From positions 4,063,381-4,127,380 of the forward strand of contig OZ251998.1 of the NCBI GenBank assembly GCA_965246985.1: 64,000 nucleotides of DNA, given 5' to 3'. The notes under the pieces were generated by a model. The model did not search any database. It saw nothing but the letters and a program-made list of their open reading frames with translations, and was not told where the DNA came from. This stretch comes from Candidatus Poribacteria bacterium. GTDB lineage: Bacteria > Poribacteria > WGA-4E > WGA-3G. A program made the position numbers and the translations under genes. How positions within the stretch are numbered: the first letter of the stretch is position 1; every line of letters starts with the position of its first letter. Below are positions 47,038 through 59,300 of the stretch, piece after piece.

Positions 47038-47508
47038 ATGCCGAGACGTGGAAATATCAGCAAACGCGATGTCAACCCTGACACAACTTATAACAGTAAA
47101 CTCGTATCAAAGTTTATTAATAGTCTCATGTTGGATGGGAAGAAAAGCACAGCGCAATCAATCCTATATGAGAGTTTCAAGATCATTGAAGGTCAAACCA
47201 ACGAAGATGGCTTCGCCGTGTTCCGTCAAGCGATCAATAACGTCAAGCCGGTCCTCGAAATTCGGCCCCGACGTGTAGGCAGCCAAACCTACCAGGTCCC
47301 GGTTGATGTAAAAGCAGAACGAAAACAACGGTTGGCTTTCAGTTGGATTATACAATCCGCGCGGGGTCGCGGCGAAAGACGCATGGCAGAACGCCTCGCA
47401 GGCGAAATACTTGAAGCATCGCAGAACGAAGGCGGCGCAATCCGCAGAAAACAGGATCAGCATCGAATGGCAGAAGCCAATAGGGCTTTCGCACATTACC
47501 GATGGTAA
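47038..47508 (+). CDS. rpsG: 30S ribosomal protein S7
   Basis: 156 aa, canonical S7 sequence. Confidence 0.95.
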   Translation: MPRRGNISKRDVNPDTTYNSKLVSKFINSLMLDGKKSTAQSILYESFKIIEGQTNEDGFAVFRQAINNVKPVLEIRPRRVGSQTYQVPVDVKAERKQRLAFSWIIQSARGRGERRMAERLAGEILEASQNEGGAIRRKQDQHRMAEANRAFAHYRW

Positions 47509-47562
47509 AATGTGAACACGGCTTACTGCCGAAGTGTAACATATAAAAGGAGTCACTCAACC

Positions 47563-49686
47563 GTGGCTGATACAAAAAACAGCACCCCACAACGCTTAGA
47601 ACTGCCCCACATGCGAAATATCGGTGTCATGGCACACATTGATGCTGGCAAGACTACCGTAACCGAGCGGATTTTGTATTATACCGGTAGAGTCTATCGA
47701 ATCGGTGACGTGGACGATGGCACCACTACGATGGACTGGATGGTGCAAGAACAGGAACGCGGTATTACGATTACTGCCGCTGCAACAACCTGTCACTGGA
47801 AAAAACACCATATTAATATTATTGATACACCGGGGCATATTGATTTTACCGTTGAAGTTGAACGTTCACTTCGCGTACTCGATGGGGCGGTCGCAGTTTT
47901 CTGTGCAGTCGGCGGTGTTGAACCGCAATCCGAAACCGTTTGGAGACAAGCTGACAAATACGGCATACCTCGAATCGCATTCGTCAATAAAATGGATCGA
48001 ACCGGTGCTGACTTCTTTCGCACCGTCGAAATGATGGAAGAACGCCTCGGTGCTACCGCAATTCCGGTGCAACTTCCTATCGGTTCAGCAGAACAATTCA
48101 CAGGTATTGTTGACCTTATCTCCATGAAAGGGCAGATCTGGAAAGTAGGAAAAGACTCTGGCGGCGATGGTACTGTTATTCAAGAGACAGACATTCCAAA
48201 AGAAATGGAAGAAATGGCAAACGAATATCGCGATCGGATGTTAGAGGCTATTGCCGATTGTGATGAAGAACTCCTGCTCAAATACTTAGACGGTGTCGAA
48301 TTTTCGCCCGAAGAAATTAAAACAGGAATACGGAACGCTGCAGTCACTGGTAGAATCGTTCCAGTCCTCTGCGGAACTGCTCTGAAAAATAAAGGCGTAC
48401 AACCGCTCTTAGACGCAATCGTCTCCTACTTGCCCGCACCGACCGACGTGCCATCCATAGTAGGTTTTGATCCTAAAACTGAAGAAGATAAAACGCGTAG
48501 TCCGAGTGAGAACGATCCTTTCTGTGCTTTAGCATTCAAAATCATGACAGATCCGCACGTTGGCAAACTCACCTATCTACGAGTTTACTCCGGTGTCCTC
48601 AAGAGAGGGGATACTGTCTATAACAGCAAAACTCGCAAACACGAGCGCGTTGGACGTTTGATGCAGATGCATGCCAACAAACGGGAAGAGCTGCAAGCCG
48701 TTTATGCAGGCGACATCGCCGCAGTTATCGGTCTAAAGGATCTCTCAACAGGGGACACACTTTGTGATCCGAAGGCTCATATCACCTTAGAAACTATGGT
48801 GTTCCCGCTCCCGGTAATGTCTATCGCAGTTGAACCCCGAACACAGTCTGATATTGACAAACTAAACCTCGCCCTCTCTAAACTGGCTGAAGAAGACCCA
48901 ACCTTTAAAGTCCATCAAGATCCAGAAACTGGACAGACCTTGTTGTCAGGTATGGGTGAACTTCACCTCGAAATCATTGTTGATAGGCTCGTCCGAGAAT
49001 TCAACGTCTCAGCGAATGTGGGTAACCCGGAAGTTGCCTATCGCGAAACGATTCTCAAGGCGGTCAAGTCTGAAGGCAGATTTGTACGCCAATCTGGTGG
49101 TAGAGGTCAATTCGGTCATGTTGTGATTGAAGTTGAACCCCTTGAAAAGGGTACCGGCTTTGAATTTGTTGATGCCACCAAAGGTGGCGTTATTCCGCAA
49201 GAATACATCCCAGCAGTAAAGAAAGGCATTGAGAACGCTATGAATACTGGTGTTCTCGCAGGCTATCCGGTTGTTGATATATCTGTGAAACTCGTTGATG
49301 GTTCACACCATCAAGTAGATTCATCAGAAATGGCGTTCTCTATCGCAGGTTCAATGGCGTTCAAGGACGCTTTGAAGCGTGCTACCCCCACACTTCTCGA
49401 ACCAATCATGGACGTTGAGGTTATCGTGCCAGACGAATACCTCGGCAAAGTCATAGGTGATCTGAATGCACGGCGTGCGCAGATACGCGAGACAGAACTG
49501 CAATCGAAATCTCGTATCCAAGTTATCAAAGTTGATGTCCCCCTCTCAGAAATGTTTGGGTACGTCAAAACCCTCAGGTCACTCACACAGGGTAGAGCGA
49601 ACTACTCTATGGAATTTTCACACTACAACGAAGTTCCCACAAGTGTGATGGAGGACTTAGTTTCATCAACGAATCGTAATTCGTAA
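47563..49686 (+). CDS. fusA: Elongation factor G (GTG start)
   Basis: ...[15 protein letters not shown]... G1 motif; AAGGAG 9 nt upstream of GTG 47563. Confidence 0.9.
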   Translation: MADTKNSTPQRLELPHMRNIGVMAHIDAGKTTVTERILYYTGRVYRIGDVDDGTTTMDWMVQEQERGITITAAATTCHWKKHHINIIDTPGHIDFTVEVERSLRVLDGAVAVFCAVGGVEPQSETVWRQADKYGIPRIAFVNKMDRTGADFFRTVEMMEERLGATAIPVQLPIGSAEQFTGIVDLISMKGQIWKVGKDSGGDGTVIQETDIPKEMEEMANEYRDRMLEAIADCDEELLLKYLDGVEFSPEEIKTGIRNAAVTGRIVPVLCGTALKNKGVQPLLDAIVSYLPAPTDVPSIVGFDPKTEEDKTRSPSENDPFCALAFKIMTDPHVGKLTYLRVYSGVLKRGDTVYNSKTRKHERVGRLMQMHANKREELQAVYAGDIAAVIGLKDLSTGDTLCDPKAHITLETMVFPLPVMSIAVEPRTQSDIDKLNLALSKLAEEDPTFKVHQDPETGQTLLSGMGELHLEIIVDRLVREFNVSANVGNPEVAYRETILKAVKSEGRFVRQSGGRGQFGHVVIEVEPLEKGTGFEFVDATKGGVIPQEYIPAVKKGIENAMNTGVLAGYPVVDISVKLVDGSHHQVDSSEMAFSIAGSMAFKDALKRATPTLLEPIMDVEVIVPDEYLGKVIGDLNARRAQIRETELQSKSRIQVIKVDVPLSEMFGYVKTLRSLTQGRANYSMEFSHYNEVPTSVMEDLVSSTNRNS

Positions 49687-49879
49687 TTGTTAAATAGTTG
49701 TGAAGTGTCCGAACTGTGGGAGTGTTCTCACTTCCCATAAGCGGGCATAAGATTTAATTAAACGGTGTTACCACGCGACAAAGCGTTTGGACACCCCATA
49801 GAAACGGGAATGCGCAGTTTTGTGGAAACAGTGCTGACAACGCCCGAAATAATAAACTTTTAGTGGAGCTCGGAGAAAA

Positions 49880-51079
49880 ATGGCTAAGCAAACATTTGAA
49901 AGGACTAAGCCACACGTTAATATTGGAACAATCGGCCACGTTGACCACGGTAAAACAACGCTGACTGCAGCGATTACCATGGTACTCTCTAAACTTGCCG
50001 GCGCAGATTACGTCCAGACGTATGAGGATATTGACAAGGCACCTGAAGAAAAAGAGCGTGGCATTACGATTAACACAGCACACGTTGAATACGAGACCGA
50101 GAATCGGCACTATGCCCACGTTGATTGCCCCGGACACGCCGACTATATCAAAAATATGATTACCGGCGCAGCACAGATGGACGGCGCAATTCTCGTCGTA
50201 TCCGCTGCTGATGGTCCCATGCCTCAGACACGTGAGCACGTACTCCTCGCGCGGCAGGTGAATGTGCCATCTCTCGTCGTTTTCCTCAACAAAGCAGACA
50301 TGGTTGATGACGAAGAACTGCTTGAACTCGTCGAGTTGGAAGTTCGCGAATTGCTCAGTAATTACGACTTCCCCGGTGACGATATTCCCCTCGTCACAGG
50401 TTCTGCTCTTCAAGCTATGGAAGCCGACGGAGACCCGACAAATGAAGCGTGTCAGCCAATTCTGGAACTCATGGAAGTTGTCGATAGCTACATCCCGGAA
50501 CCCGTTCGTGATACCGAGAAACCCTTCCTGATGTCGATTGAAGATACTTTCACCATCAGTGGGCGCGGTACCGTTGTTACTGGGCGCGTTGAACGCGGTA
50601 TTATTGAAGTCGGAAAGACTGTTGAAATCGTCGGACTTCGCGAAACACAAGACACCGTCGTCACCGGTGTTGAGATGTTCAACAAAAACCTTGATGAAGG
50701 ACGTGCTGGTGACAATCTCGGTGCTTTGCTACGCGGTATTGAGCGCGATGCAGTTGAACGCGGACAGGTTTTGGCAATCCCCGGAACTGTGAAGCCACAT
50801 ACCAAATTTGAAGCCGAAGCCTACATTCTCACAAAAGATGAAGGCGGACGTTGGAACCCATTCTTTAGCGGATACAGACCGCAGTTCTATTTCAGAACAA
50901 CCGACGTAACCGGAAAAATGGATCTCCCGGAAGGCATTGAGATGATTATGCCCGGCGACAATGCACAGATTACCGTTGAATTGTCCAAACCGATCGCGAT
51001 GGAAGAACAACTCCGATTCGCAATTCGGGAAGGCGGACAGACTATCGGTGCCGGTGTTGTCTCCAAAATTCTTGAATAA
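49880..51079 (+). CDS. tuf: Elongation factor Tu
   Basis: [33 protein letters not shown]... Confidence 0.95.
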   Translation: MAKQTFERTKPHVNIGTIGHVDHGKTTLTAAITMVLSKLAGADYVQTYEDIDKAPEEKERGITINTAHVEYETENRHYAHVDCPGHADYIKNMITGAAQMDGAILVVSAADGPMPQTREHVLLARQVNVPSLVVFLNKADMVDDEELLELVELEVRELLSNYDFPGDDIPLVTGSALQAMEADGDPTNEACQPILELMEVVDSYIPEPVRDTEKPFLMSIEDTFTISGRGTVVTGRVERGIIEVGKTVEIVGLRETQDTVVTGVEMFNKNLDEGRAGDNLGALLRGIERDAVERGQVLAIPGTVKPHTKFEAEAYILTKDEGGRWNPFFSGYRPQFYFRTTDVTGKMDLPEGIEMIMPGDNAQITVELSKPIAMEEQLRFAIREGGQTIGAGVVSKILE

Positions 51080-51085
51080 GAGATT

Positions 51086-51119
51086 GGGCGGAGTGTAAAC
51101 TCCGCCCTTATATAAGGGC
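51086..51119 (+). terminator. Overlapping hairpins after tuf (GGGCGGAGTGTAAACTCCGCCC and palindrome GCCCTTATATAAGGGC)
   Basis: Read directly; candidate terminator/attenuator between tuf and rpsJ. Confidence 0.4.
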
Positions 51120-51201
51120 ATCAACACGGAGGACTTCGGACATCAACTTCAAGATGTTAATCAACGACACCCCTCTTGTTTGGTGAAGGCGACACGAAAA
51201 G

Positions 51202-51513
51202 ATGGACAATCAAAAAATTCGCATCCGGCTCAAGGCATTTGACTATCGGTTATTAGACCTATCGTCAAAGCAGATAGCAGATACTGCGAAACGCACAGGT
51301 GCAGCTGTCTCCGGTCCGATTCCATTGCCGACGAAAAAGCATATCTATACCGTCCAACGTTCAACGTTTACGGACAAAAAGTCACGTGAACAATTTGAGA
51401 TGCGGATTCATAAACGTCTGCTGGATATCTTAGAGACTACACCTAAAACCGTTGATGCTTTGATGCGGTTGGACCTGCCTGCAGGGGTCGATGTCAAAAT
51501 TACGCTACTGTAG
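51202..51513 (+). CDS. rpsJ: 30S ribosomal protein S10
   Basis: 103 aa, canonical. Confidence 0.95.
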   Translation: MDNQKIRIRLKAFDYRLLDLSSKQIADTAKRTGAAVSGPIPLPTKKHIYTVQRSTFTDKKSREQFEMRIHKRLLDILETTPKTVDALMRLDLPAGVDVKITLL

Positions 51514-51607
51514 TCGGAGAAATGATTGTTCTCCACTCCGATGGTTTGGAAATCGCTACTGAATAAGTGGTTGGTTTGCAAATCCTAAAGGAGGAGAGCG
51601 AAAAAAA

Positions 51608-52249
51608 ATGGTTAATGGAATTATCGGCCGCAAAGTCGGCATGACACAAATCTTTGAAGACTCTGGAAAAGCGGTGCCTGTTACTGTTATCCAAGCAGGT
51701 CCTTGTCCAATTGTCCAACTCAAAACGCAAGAGAAAGACGGCTATCAAGCAGTTCAGTTAGGTTTTGGGGAACAGAAAGCGAACCGCACGAATAGCCCGA
51801 AACGTGGACATTTAGCAAAAGCCGGTGTTGATTCTGCACGGGTGCTTCGCGAATTTCGGGTACAGAGTCTTGATGAGGTGTCTGTAGGAAACATTGTTGA
51901 TGCAAGCGTCTTTTCAGAAGGTGAACTTGTTGATGTGACAGGTACCTCGAAAGGGCACGGTTTCACCGGTGTGGTGAAACGTTGGAAATTCGCGGGTGGT
52001 AAAAAAAGCCACGGTGGTGAGCAAGACCTCCGTCGTCCCGGTTCCATCGGTGCAAGCGCGACACCTTCGCGAGTCTTTAAAGGGAAAAAGATGGCTGGAC
52101 GCCACGGTGCCAAACGGCATACCGTCCAAAACCTTCCCGTGATCCAAGCCGATCCCGAGCGTAACTTGCTGGTGGTAAAAGGCGCAGTTCCTGGACCACC
52201 CAACGGCTTGCTTCTGATTAGAAAAGCATCTAAAGCATCGAGTGCATAG
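51608..52249 (+). CDS. rplC: 50S ribosomal protein L3
   Basis: 213 aa, canonical. Confidence 0.95.
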   Translation: MVNGIIGRKVGMTQIFEDSGKAVPVTVIQAGPCPIVQLKTQEKDGYQAVQLGFGEQKANRTNSPKRGHLAKAGVDSARVLREFRVQSLDEVSVGNIVDASVFSEGELVDVTGTSKGHGFTGVVKRWKFAGGKKSHGGEQDLRRPGSIGASATPSRVFKGKKMAGRHGAKRHTVQNLPVIQADPERNLLVVKGAVPGPPNGLLLIRKASKASSA

Positions 52250-52296
52250 GCAGACGCTCATAACCAAACGAGTGCCAAAAGAAACGAGCATATAAT

Positions 52297-52950
52297 ATGT
52301 CAACTTTAGACGTACACAACAGGTCCGGGGATGTCCTGCACGAAAAGGAATTAGCCGACGCATTCACCGATGTTGAGGTGAATGGTCCAGTCATTCATCA
52401 GTGCGTCGTTGCCTACCTTGCCAATCAGCGGCAAGGTGATGCATCAACAAAGACCCGGAGTGAAGTGAAAGGCAGTGGAAAAAAACTCCACCGCCAAAAA
52501 GGAACTGGTAGAGCCCGCGTCGGAGATGCGAAATCCCCGATTCGAGTTCACGGTGGTGTAGCGTTCGGACCGAAACCGCGGAGTTATCGGCAGTACACCC
52601 CGAAACAAGTCCGACGACTTGGCTTACATAGCGCACTGGCAGACAGGTTCCAGAATAAGCAGTGCATTCTCCTTGAAGATTTCACGCTCAAACAACCGCG
52701 CACCAAAGACATCCTCAACATGTTAAAAGCACTGAACGCTGATGGAAAGGTGCTACTCATTCTTGATGAACATAGCCCAAATATACACCTCTCCGTGAGG
52801 AATATTCCAAAAGTTCACAGCTGCACATGGAATACGCTCAATGTCTATCAAGTCATGTGGCACGACACGTTGATAATCACCGAGAACGCCGCTAAGAAAC
52901 TCGAAGCCAAGTTCATAAACACCGGTTCAGAAGTGGAAGGACAAGACTGA
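52297..52950 (+). CDS. rplD: 50S ribosomal protein L4
   Basis: 217 aa. Confidence 0.9.
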   Translation: MSTLDVHNRSGDVLHEKELADAFTDVEVNGPVIHQCVVAYLANQRQGDASTKTRSEVKGSGKKLHRQKGTGRARVGDAKSPIRVHGGVAFGPKPRSYRQYTPKQVRRLGLHSALADRFQNKQCILLEDFTLKQPRTKDILNMLKALNADGKVLLILDEHSPNIHLSVRNIPKVHSCTWNTLNVYQVMWHDTLIITENAAKKLEAKFINTGSEVEGQD

Positions 52951-53249
52951 TGAGGGATGCATATCAGATTATACTGCAACCGCTGATTACAGAGAAAAGC
53001 ACAATTCTCCGCGAAGTTAACAAGTACGCGTTTGTTGTTGATCGCAATGCAACAAAACCACAAATTTGCCGCGCCGCAGAAGAGTTGTTCGACCTCGAAG
53101 GGGACATCCTCAAAGTGCGCACAATGCGAGTTCGCGGTAAGCCGAAAGGGAAAATGTTGCGTTATCAACGTGGTAGAAAACCGCATTGGAAAAAAGCGAT
53201 TATTACCCTAAGAGAAGGGGCAACTATCCAGGCGTTTGAAACTATATAG
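52950..53249 (+). CDS. rplW: 50S ribosomal protein L23
   Basis: 99 aa. Confidence 0.9.
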   Translation: MRDAYQIILQPLITEKSTILREVNKYAFVVDRNATKPQICRAAEELFDLEGDILKVRTMRVRGKPKGKMLRYQRGRKPHWKKAIITLREGATIQAFETI

Positions 53250-53388
53250 GTCCGTGATAAATTGACACCCCTATTCACGTAATGATGATTGCCAAATAGG
53301 TAATCCGCTCAATGCAAAATGGACAAGTGTGTCAGTAGATTCAGCTAAGAAAGAACTATCGCTGACACCTTGAAAAAAGGAAATCAGA

Positions 53389-54204
53389 GTGCCTAAAACG
53401 TATTCACCTATAACCCCAAGTCGTCGGTTTATGACCGGGTACACCTTTGAAGAGATTACGCGGAGCAAACCGGAAAAATCGCTCGTCAAGGGGGCCAAGC
53501 AGAAAGCCGGTCGGAATTCCAATGGACGCTTGACAGTGAGACGCCGCGGTGGTGGACACAAACGCCGATACCGGGTCATTGACTTCAAACGTGATAAGTT
53601 TGGCATCCCTGCCAAAGTTGCTGCAATTGAATATGATCCGAATCGCTCCGCGCATATCGCACTCCTCAACTATGTTGACGGGGAAAAACGCTATATTCTT
53701 GCACCCGTTGGTATTCAAGTGGGCGACATGCTAACTTCAGGCGAAGACGCAGAAATTCAGGTTGGAAACGCCTTACCGCTTGAAAAAATTCCACTCGGCT
53801 CCTCCATCCATAATATAGAGATGAAGCCCGGCAAAGGCGGACAACTTGTGCGTAGTGCCGGTGGTGCTGCCCAATTGGTTGACAGAGAGGGAAAATACGC
53901 GCGTGTCCGGCTTCCGTCAGGCGAGATTCGGCTCATCCTAGTGCAAGCGATGGCAACGCTCGGTCAGATCGGCAATGTCAGCAAGATCGTCATCGGTAAA
54001 GCGGGACGTTCAAGATGGCTCGGAAAACGCCCGAAAGTTAGAGGCGTAGCGATGAACCCGGTTGACCATCCACACGGCGGTGGTGAAGGAAAAAGTTCCG
54101 GGGGTAGGCATCCAGTCACACCGTGGGGCGTTCCAACCAAAGGGTATAAGACCCGAAACCCGAAGAAGAAATCGAGCCGCTATATTGTCGGAAAACGAAA
54201 ATAA
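53389..54204 (+). CDS. rplB: 50S ribosomal protein L2
   Basis: 271 aa; ...HPHGGGEGK... motif. Confidence 0.95.
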   Translation: MPKTYSPITPSRRFMTGYTFEEITRSKPEKSLVKGAKQKAGRNSNGRLTVRRRGGGHKRRYRVIDFKRDKFGIPAKVAAIEYDPNRSAHIALLNYVDGEKRYILAPVGIQVGDMLTSGEDAEIQVGNALPLEKIPLGSSIHNIEMKPGKGGQLVRSAGGAAQLVDREGKYARVRLPSGEIRLILVQAMATLGQIGNVSKIVIGKAGRSRWLGKRPKVRGVAMNPVDHPHGGGEGKSSGGRHPVTPWGVPTKGYKTRNPKKKSSRYIVGKRK

Positions 54205-54268
54205 CCCTTTTTGGGTGCCTCGTTGGTTACATGAGCAAATAATGTTTAAAAGGTAAAGGAGACACATA

Positions 54269-54538
54269 ATGGCACGTTCTGTCAAAAAGGGCCCCTATAT
54301 AGACCCCAAACTCGCCAAGAAGGTAGCCGCTATGGAGCGCTCTGGCACCAAACGGGTGATCCGCACCTGGTCCCGACGTTCAATCATTACACCTGAGTTA
54401 GTAGGACACACCTTGGCAATTTATAACGGAAAAAAATTCTTTCCCGTGTACATCACAGAGAACATGGTAGGACATAAGCTTGGGGAATTCTCACCGACTC
54501 GTACTTTCCGTTCTCACGCTGGTGGTGGGAGAAGATAA
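54269..54538 (+). CDS. rpsS: 30S ribosomal protein S19
   Basis: [12 protein letters not shown]... Confidence 0.95.
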   Translation: MARSVKKGPYIDPKLAKKVAAMERSGTKRVIRTWSRRSIITPELVGHTLAIYNGKKFFPVYITENMVGHKLGEFSPTRTFRSHAGGGRR

Positions 54539-54657
54539 TTGTTGCGATAACCTTCATCGCAAATTGACAGTGTATTCATTTCTTTTTTGGGAAGATACGT
54601 TCACTGCTTCGTCAATGATGGCGATGAACCAGAAACTTGCTTTTATTGGAGATACTG

Positions 54658-55011
54658 ATGGAAGCCAGATCTAAAATTCGGAACGCATCGGTTGCGCCGC
54701 GGAAAGTCCGCTTGGTAGCCGATCTCGTCCGTAATCAATATGTTGAAGATGCGTTAAGTCAACTACGTTTTACGCATAAAGCCGCGTCCCCTATCATCTA
54801 CAAGCTGATTCAGTCAGCAGCCGCGAACGCACGATATCAAGATCCAAGTGTTGATATTGCGGGCTTATACGTCAAAGAGATTCGCGTTGATGAAGGGATT
54901 ACGCGGAAATGGATACGTCCCCGGGCACGGGGTATGGCAAATAAGATTCTAAAACGCAGTAGCCATATCACCGTTGTCGTTGGCGAGGAGAGTACCGAAG
55001 ATGCTGAGTAA
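54658..55011 (+). CDS. rplV: 50S ribosomal protein L22 (the ORF could begin at 54637)
   Basis: MEARSKIRNASVAPRKVRLVADLVR... Confidence 0.9.
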   Translation: MEARSKIRNASVAPRKVRLVADLVRNQYVEDALSQLRFTHKAASPIIYKLIQSAAANARYQDPSVDIAGLYVKEIRVDEGITRKWIRPRARGMANKILKRSSHITVVVGEESTEDAE

Positions 55012-55092
55012 CGGCGTGCACGCTTACAAAGCACCACATAATGCCACGGGCTCCACGCGTCACAAGAGGGAAAAGTCTGATAGGAGGTTTCC

Positions 55093-55923
55093 ATGGGACA
55101 AAAAGCTCACCCGCGTGGATTACGCTTAGGAATCACTGAAACGTGGGATTCAAAGTGGTACAGCGAACGGGATTACGCCAAGTGGCTTCATGAAGATTTT
55201 CAGATTCAGAAGTTCGTCAAAGAGCAACTGGCGCGCGCCGGAATTTCACGCATTGAAATAGAACGCGTCGCTGACCGTTGTAGCATCAACATCCATACAG
55301 CACGCCCAGGTATTGTCATTGGTCGCCGCGGGGCAGAAGCTGAGAAATTACAAGCATTAATCGAAAAAGAGGTCGGCTGCCCCGTCCGGATTAATGTCTC
55401 GGAAATTAGAGTCGCTGAACTCGATGCCCAACTTGTATCAGAAGCTGTTGCAACGCAAATAGAACGGCGATCAGGTTTTAAACACGCGATGCGGCGTAGC
55501 ATCTCCAGTTCAATACAAGCAGGGGCTTTGGGCGTTAAAATTATGGTCAGCGGTAGATTAGACGGTAAGGAAATCGCTCGTACCGAATCCAGTATTGAGG
55601 GACGCGTCCCTCTTCACACCCTCAGAGCCGATATTGACTACGGGTTTACCGAAGCAAATACGACGTATGGTAAAATCGGAGTCAAAACGTGGATTTTCAA
55701 GGGCGAAATTATCGGTGTCCCAGACAAATTAAAGGGCGAAACACCCGTCCGTCGTCAACCTGGACGGCGCGAAGATACAGGTTCACAACGTTCTGAGCGT
55801 CGACGAGGCGACAGACGTTCTGGCTCTCAAGATGCACGACCCCGACAATCCGGAAGACAAGACAGAGGAAGAAATCGGCGCAGGCCGCGTCAGGGTGGTC
55901 AGGAATCCAGGAACGATTCATAA
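55093..55923 (+). CDS. rpsC: 30S ribosomal protein S3 with an Arg/Gly/Gln-rich C-terminal extension of ~45 aa
   Basis: MGQKAHPRGLRLGI...; 276 aa versus ~230 typical. Confidence 0.9.
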   Translation: MGQKAHPRGLRLGITETWDSKWYSERDYAKWLHEDFQIQKFVKEQLARAGISRIEIERVADRCSINIHTARPGIVIGRRGAEAEKLQALIEKEVGCPVRINVSEIRVAELDAQLVSEAVATQIERRSGFKHAMRRSISSSIQAGALGVKIMVSGRLDGKEIARTESSIEGRVPLHTLRADIDYGFTEANTTYGKIGVKTWIFKGEIIGVPDKLKGETPVRRQPGRREDTGSQRSERRRGDRRSGSQDARPRQSGRQDRGRNRRRPRQGGQESRNDS

Positions 55924-55965
55924 TTGTACGAATAGATTTATTTTAAGGAGGCATCTAAGGTGTTA

Positions 55966-56373
55966 ATGCCGAAACGCGTGATGCGCCGCTATGTGCATCG
56001 CGGAAAACGTCGTGGAAAGCCGCTTCGTGGCTCACAAATCAACTTCGGTGAATACGGTTTGCAAGCAATGGAAGCCGGCTGGATTACAAACAACCAGATT
56101 GAATCCGCACGTATCGCTATTACGCGATATGTACGCCGCGGTGGAAAACTTTGGATCAAGGTTTTTCCGCACAAACCGCTCAGTAAACAACCTGCTGAAA
56201 CCCGCATGGGTAAGGGCAAGAAAGGCCCTCCGGAATACTGGGTCGCTGTAGCCAAACCCGGCAGAATCCTTTTTGAATTAGGCGGTGTTTCGCTTGAAGA
56301 TGCAAAAGGGGCGATGAAACGAGCCGCCCACAAACTGCCAATCAAAACCAAGTTCGTTGCACGGAATGAGTAA
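55966..56373 (+). CDS. rplP: 50S ribosomal protein L16
   Basis: [17 protein letters not shown]... Confidence 0.9.
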   Translation: MPKRVMRRYVHRGKRRGKPLRGSQINFGEYGLQAMEAGWITNNQIESARIAITRYVRRGGKLWIKVFPHKPLSKQPAETRMGKGKKGPPEYWVAVAKPGRILFELGGVSLEDAKGAMKRAAHKLPIKTKFVARNE

Positions 56374-56461
56374 TTTCGTCTACGACTCCGGCGTTGGAAA
56401 AAATTATGCGCGGGCAAACGCAGCATCATGTTTTTGACAACACCCCAGGAGGCACGGAAAT

Positions 56462-56650
56462 ATGAAAGCGGATGAACTACGAGGGAAGACGACCGAAGAG
56501 TTGGAAGGTGAACTGAAAACGTTAAAGGAGAGCCTGTTTAACCAGAGATTCAGAAGTATCTTAGGACAACAAGAAGACACGACACGTATCGGCAAGATCC
56601 GAAAGGACATTGCACGTGTGAAAACTCTCCTGCAAGGGCGTTCAGAGTAA
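56462..56650 (+). CDS. rpmC: 50S ribosomal protein L29
   Basis: 62 aa, canonical. Confidence 0.9.
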   Translation: MKADELRGKTTEELEGELKTLKESLFNQRFRSILGQQEDTTRIGKIRKDIARVKTLLQGRSE

Positions 56651-56766
56651 ACAGAACGAAGATGGCAAGATTATGCACATCGGCTCAAGTCTAGTTCATC
56701 AATTTCAAGGAATGTGAGTTCTAAAGTGTACACGTTAACAGGTTTTGGCTGGTTTGGAGGATAAAG

Positions 56767-57042
56767 TTGAACGAGGAAAGAAGAAGGCATCGTAAATTTC
56801 GGACGGGTCTTGTTACCAGTAACAGAATGGATAAAACTGTTGCAGTGTCAATTGTTCGTCGCTATCAACACCCACTTTACAAGAAGGTCGTCCGGAAAAC
56901 GAAGAAGATTCTCGCTCATGATGAACAGAATAGTTGTAACGTCGGTGACGTGGTGCAGGTTGTTGAAACCCGTCCGCTGAGTCGTCAGAAACGGTGGCGG
57001 GTCCAAGCGGTAGTAAGCGCAGTACAGCCCGCAAACGATTAA
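56767..57042 (+). CDS. rpsQ: 30S ribosomal protein S17
   Basis: 91 aa. Confidence 0.9.
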   Translation: MNEERRRHRKFRTGLVTSNRMDKTVAVSIVRRYQHPLYKKVVRKTKKILAHDEQNSCNVGDVVQVVETRPLSRQKRWRVQAVVSAVQPAND

Positions 57043-57198
57043 GAAGTGCTATCACCAGAACGCTTACGCTTTGCCTATACATAAGGCGAAGGAGACAGCA
57101 AACGGTGTCCGCATGGCACTTGAGAAGAAAGGGTTTTCATCCACACTCTGACGTTTCCAAAACACACCGTTTTGAAAACGGTAGAGGAGGATACAAAA

Positions 57199-57582
57199 AT
57201 GGTTCAATCATACTCTCGATTAACCTGTGCTGATAATACTGGCGCAAGGAAATTAATGTGCATTAGTGTATTAGGAGGCACCCGGCGTCGCTATGCACGC
57301 GTAGGCGACGTGATTGTCGCAAGCATCAAAGAAGCAACACCTAATACACAGGTTAAAGCCGGCGAAGTCGTTCGCGCGGTTGTAGTCCGTACGACTAAAG
57401 AATATCGACGCGCAGATGGATCCTATATTAAATTTGACCAGAATGCTGCAGTTCTCGTCAATCCGCCGGATCGAGAAGGTAACCAACTTCCGCGAGGCAC
57501 CCGCATTTTCGGGCCCGTCGCGCGGGAACTCAGAGAAAAGGGTTTCACCCGAATTATCTCGCTCGCACCCGAGGTTATTTAG
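57199..57582 (+). CDS. rplN: 50S ribosomal protein L14
   Basis: [22 protein letters not shown]... Confidence 0.95.
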   Translation: MVQSYSRLTCADNTGARKLMCISVLGGTRRRYARVGDVIVASIKEATPNTQVKAGEVVRAVVVRTTKEYRRADGSYIKFDQNAAVLVNPPDREGNQLPRGTRIFGPVARELREKGFTRIISLAPEVI

Positions 57583-57592
57583 GAGGACAATT

Positions 57593-57826
57593 GTGGCACA
57601 ACAAAAACTGCATATTAAGAAGGATGACAAGGTCATAGTCCTTAGCGGACAGGACCGGGGCAAGCAAGGTGTGGTTTTGGAGGTGTTCCCTAAGAAACAA
57701 CGCGCAATCGTTGAAGGCGTTCATATCGTTAAACGCCACCTCCGACCAAGCCAAATGGGACAAGGCGGTGTTGTCGAACGCGAAGGCACTATTCACATTT
57801 CTAACCTCAAAAAGGTTGATGGCTAA
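57593..57826 (+). CDS. rplX: 50S ribosomal protein L24 (GTG start)
   Basis: VAQQKLHIKKDDKVIVLSGQDRGKQGVV... KOW motif. Confidence 0.85.
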   Translation: MAQQKLHIKKDDKVIVLSGQDRGKQGVVLEVFPKKQRAIVEGVHIVKRHLRPSQMGQGGVVEREGTIHISNLKKVDG

Positions 57827-57912
57827 GTAAAGTGAAAACCTCGACACCGCATACGAGAAGCGTTGCCAAGACAAACTTCACTGAATATGCTATTTTATAG
57901 GATACAAGGCTC

Positions 57913-58452
57913 ATGAGCCCATTCAAAGAATTTTATCAAACGGAAGTCATGCCCGCATTGCAAAGCCATTTTAACTATGGAAATGTAATGCAGATTCCGA
58001 AACTGGACAAGATTGCACTCAATATCGGGGTCGGCGAAGCACTTCAGAACTCGAAAGCATTGGAAGATGCTGTCGAAGAACTTACGCTTATTGCCGGACA
58101 ACGCGCTATCATTACGCACGCCAAAAAATCCGTTTCTGCTTTTAAAGTCAGAGAAGGTATGGCAATCGGATGTAAAGTTACCCTAAGACAGCAGCGGATG
58201 TATGAGTTCTTCAACCGATTGGTGAACATCGTTATGCCCCAAATTCGGGACTTTCGCGGTGTATCGCCAGATGCATTTGATGGTCGTGGTAATTACTCTC
58301 TCGGCCTCACTGAACAGTTAATCTTCCCGGAAATTCATTACGATAATGTTAACGATACCCGCGGGCTGAACGTAACCGTTGTTACCACCGCCCCGACAGA
58401 CGAAGAAGGCCACGAATTACTAACACTGCTGGGAATGCCGTTCCGAAAATAG
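57913..58452 (+). CDS. rplE: 50S ribosomal protein L5
   Basis: 179 aa. Confidence 0.95.
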   Translation: MSPFKEFYQTEVMPALQSHFNYGNVMQIPKLDKIALNIGVGEALQNSKALEDAVEELTLIAGQRAIITHAKKSVSAFKVREGMAIGCKVTLRQQRMYEFFNRLVNIVMPQIRDFRGVSPDAFDGRGNYSLGLTEQLIFPEIHYDNVNDTRGLNVTVVTTAPTDEEGHELLTLLGMPFRK

Positions 58453-58587
58453 ATAGGTTCGGTCATACAAGGTTTCACTGCCAAATGACTACACAAACTA
58501 CCTCGCAGCTTCAGACGCAGCTAACTTCCAACATCCGGACATATTGAAAATATATGTCACGGATAATTAAGAAAAGGAGCATCTAGC

Positions 58588-58773
58588 TTGGCAAGTAAAG
58601 CATGGATTGCCAAACAGAAAAGAACTCCGCGGTTCCAAACCCGGAAATACAGCCGTTGCAAAACTTGCGGGAGATCGCGTGGGTATCTGCGCAAGTTTGA
58701 ATTGTGTCGTATCTGTTTTCGTCTCTTCGCCCGCGCCGGTAAAATCCCCGGTGTCCGAAAGGCAAGTTGGTAG
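58588..58773 (+). CDS. rpsN: 30S ribosomal protein S14, zinc-ribbon (type Z) form, 61 aa, TTG start
   Basis: [22 protein letters not shown] zinc-binding cysteines. Confidence 0.85.
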   Translation: MASKAWIAKQKRTPRFQTRKYSRCKTCGRSRGYLRKFELCRICFRLFARAGKIPGVRKASW

Positions 58774-58859
58774 AAAACTGAAACCTGTCTGCTCTTAAGA
58801 AAAAGCATGACGGGCACATCGGCTATTCAAAAACGAAAACGAAATAAGGAGAATCTTTC

Positions 58860-59261
58860 ATGTCGATGACCGATCCGATTGCCGATATGTTAACACGTAT
58901 CCGCAATGCCAATATGGCAGGACATGAACGCGTTGAAATCCCCTCTTCAAACGTCAAGGCGGAAATCGCACGCGTTTTGGCGGAAGAAGGTTTTGTCCGA
59001 AACTACCGCTTGCTTGAAGATGGAAAACAGGGGATTTTAAGAGTTTATTTGAAATACGGAAATACAAAAAAACAGAAGGTCATCACAAACCTTAGACGTA
59101 TCAGCAAACCAGGTAGACGGATTTACGCCAAAGCTGATAAGCTACCGCGGGTTTATGGCGGGCTTGGTGTCGCTATTTTATCGACATCCAGTGGGCTAAA
59201 GACCACACCACAATGCCGCAGGGAAAAAATCGGCGGCGAAGTCTTGTGTTACGTCTGGTAA
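58860..59261 (+). CDS. rpsH: 30S ribosomal protein S8
   Basis: [17 protein letters not shown]... Confidence 0.95.
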   Translation: MSMTDPIADMLTRIRNANMAGHERVEIPSSNVKAEIARVLAEEGFVRNYRLLEDGKQGILRVYLKYGNTKKQKVITNLRRISKPGRRIYAKADKLPRVYGGLGVAILSTSSGLKTTPQCRREKIGGEVLCYVW

Positions 59262-59300
59262 GATTTTGCGGATGACTTTCAACGAACCGGGAGAAATAGA

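Noticed and set aside
47793-48125. Several 60-110-aa ORFs on both strands inside fusA
   Set aside because: They are embedded in or antisense to the EF-G coding sequence and have no start context.
49754-50650. 298-aa ORF on the minus strand
   Set aside because: It lies entirely antisense to tuf, whose identity is unambiguous. It is a chance open frame within a highly conserved gene.
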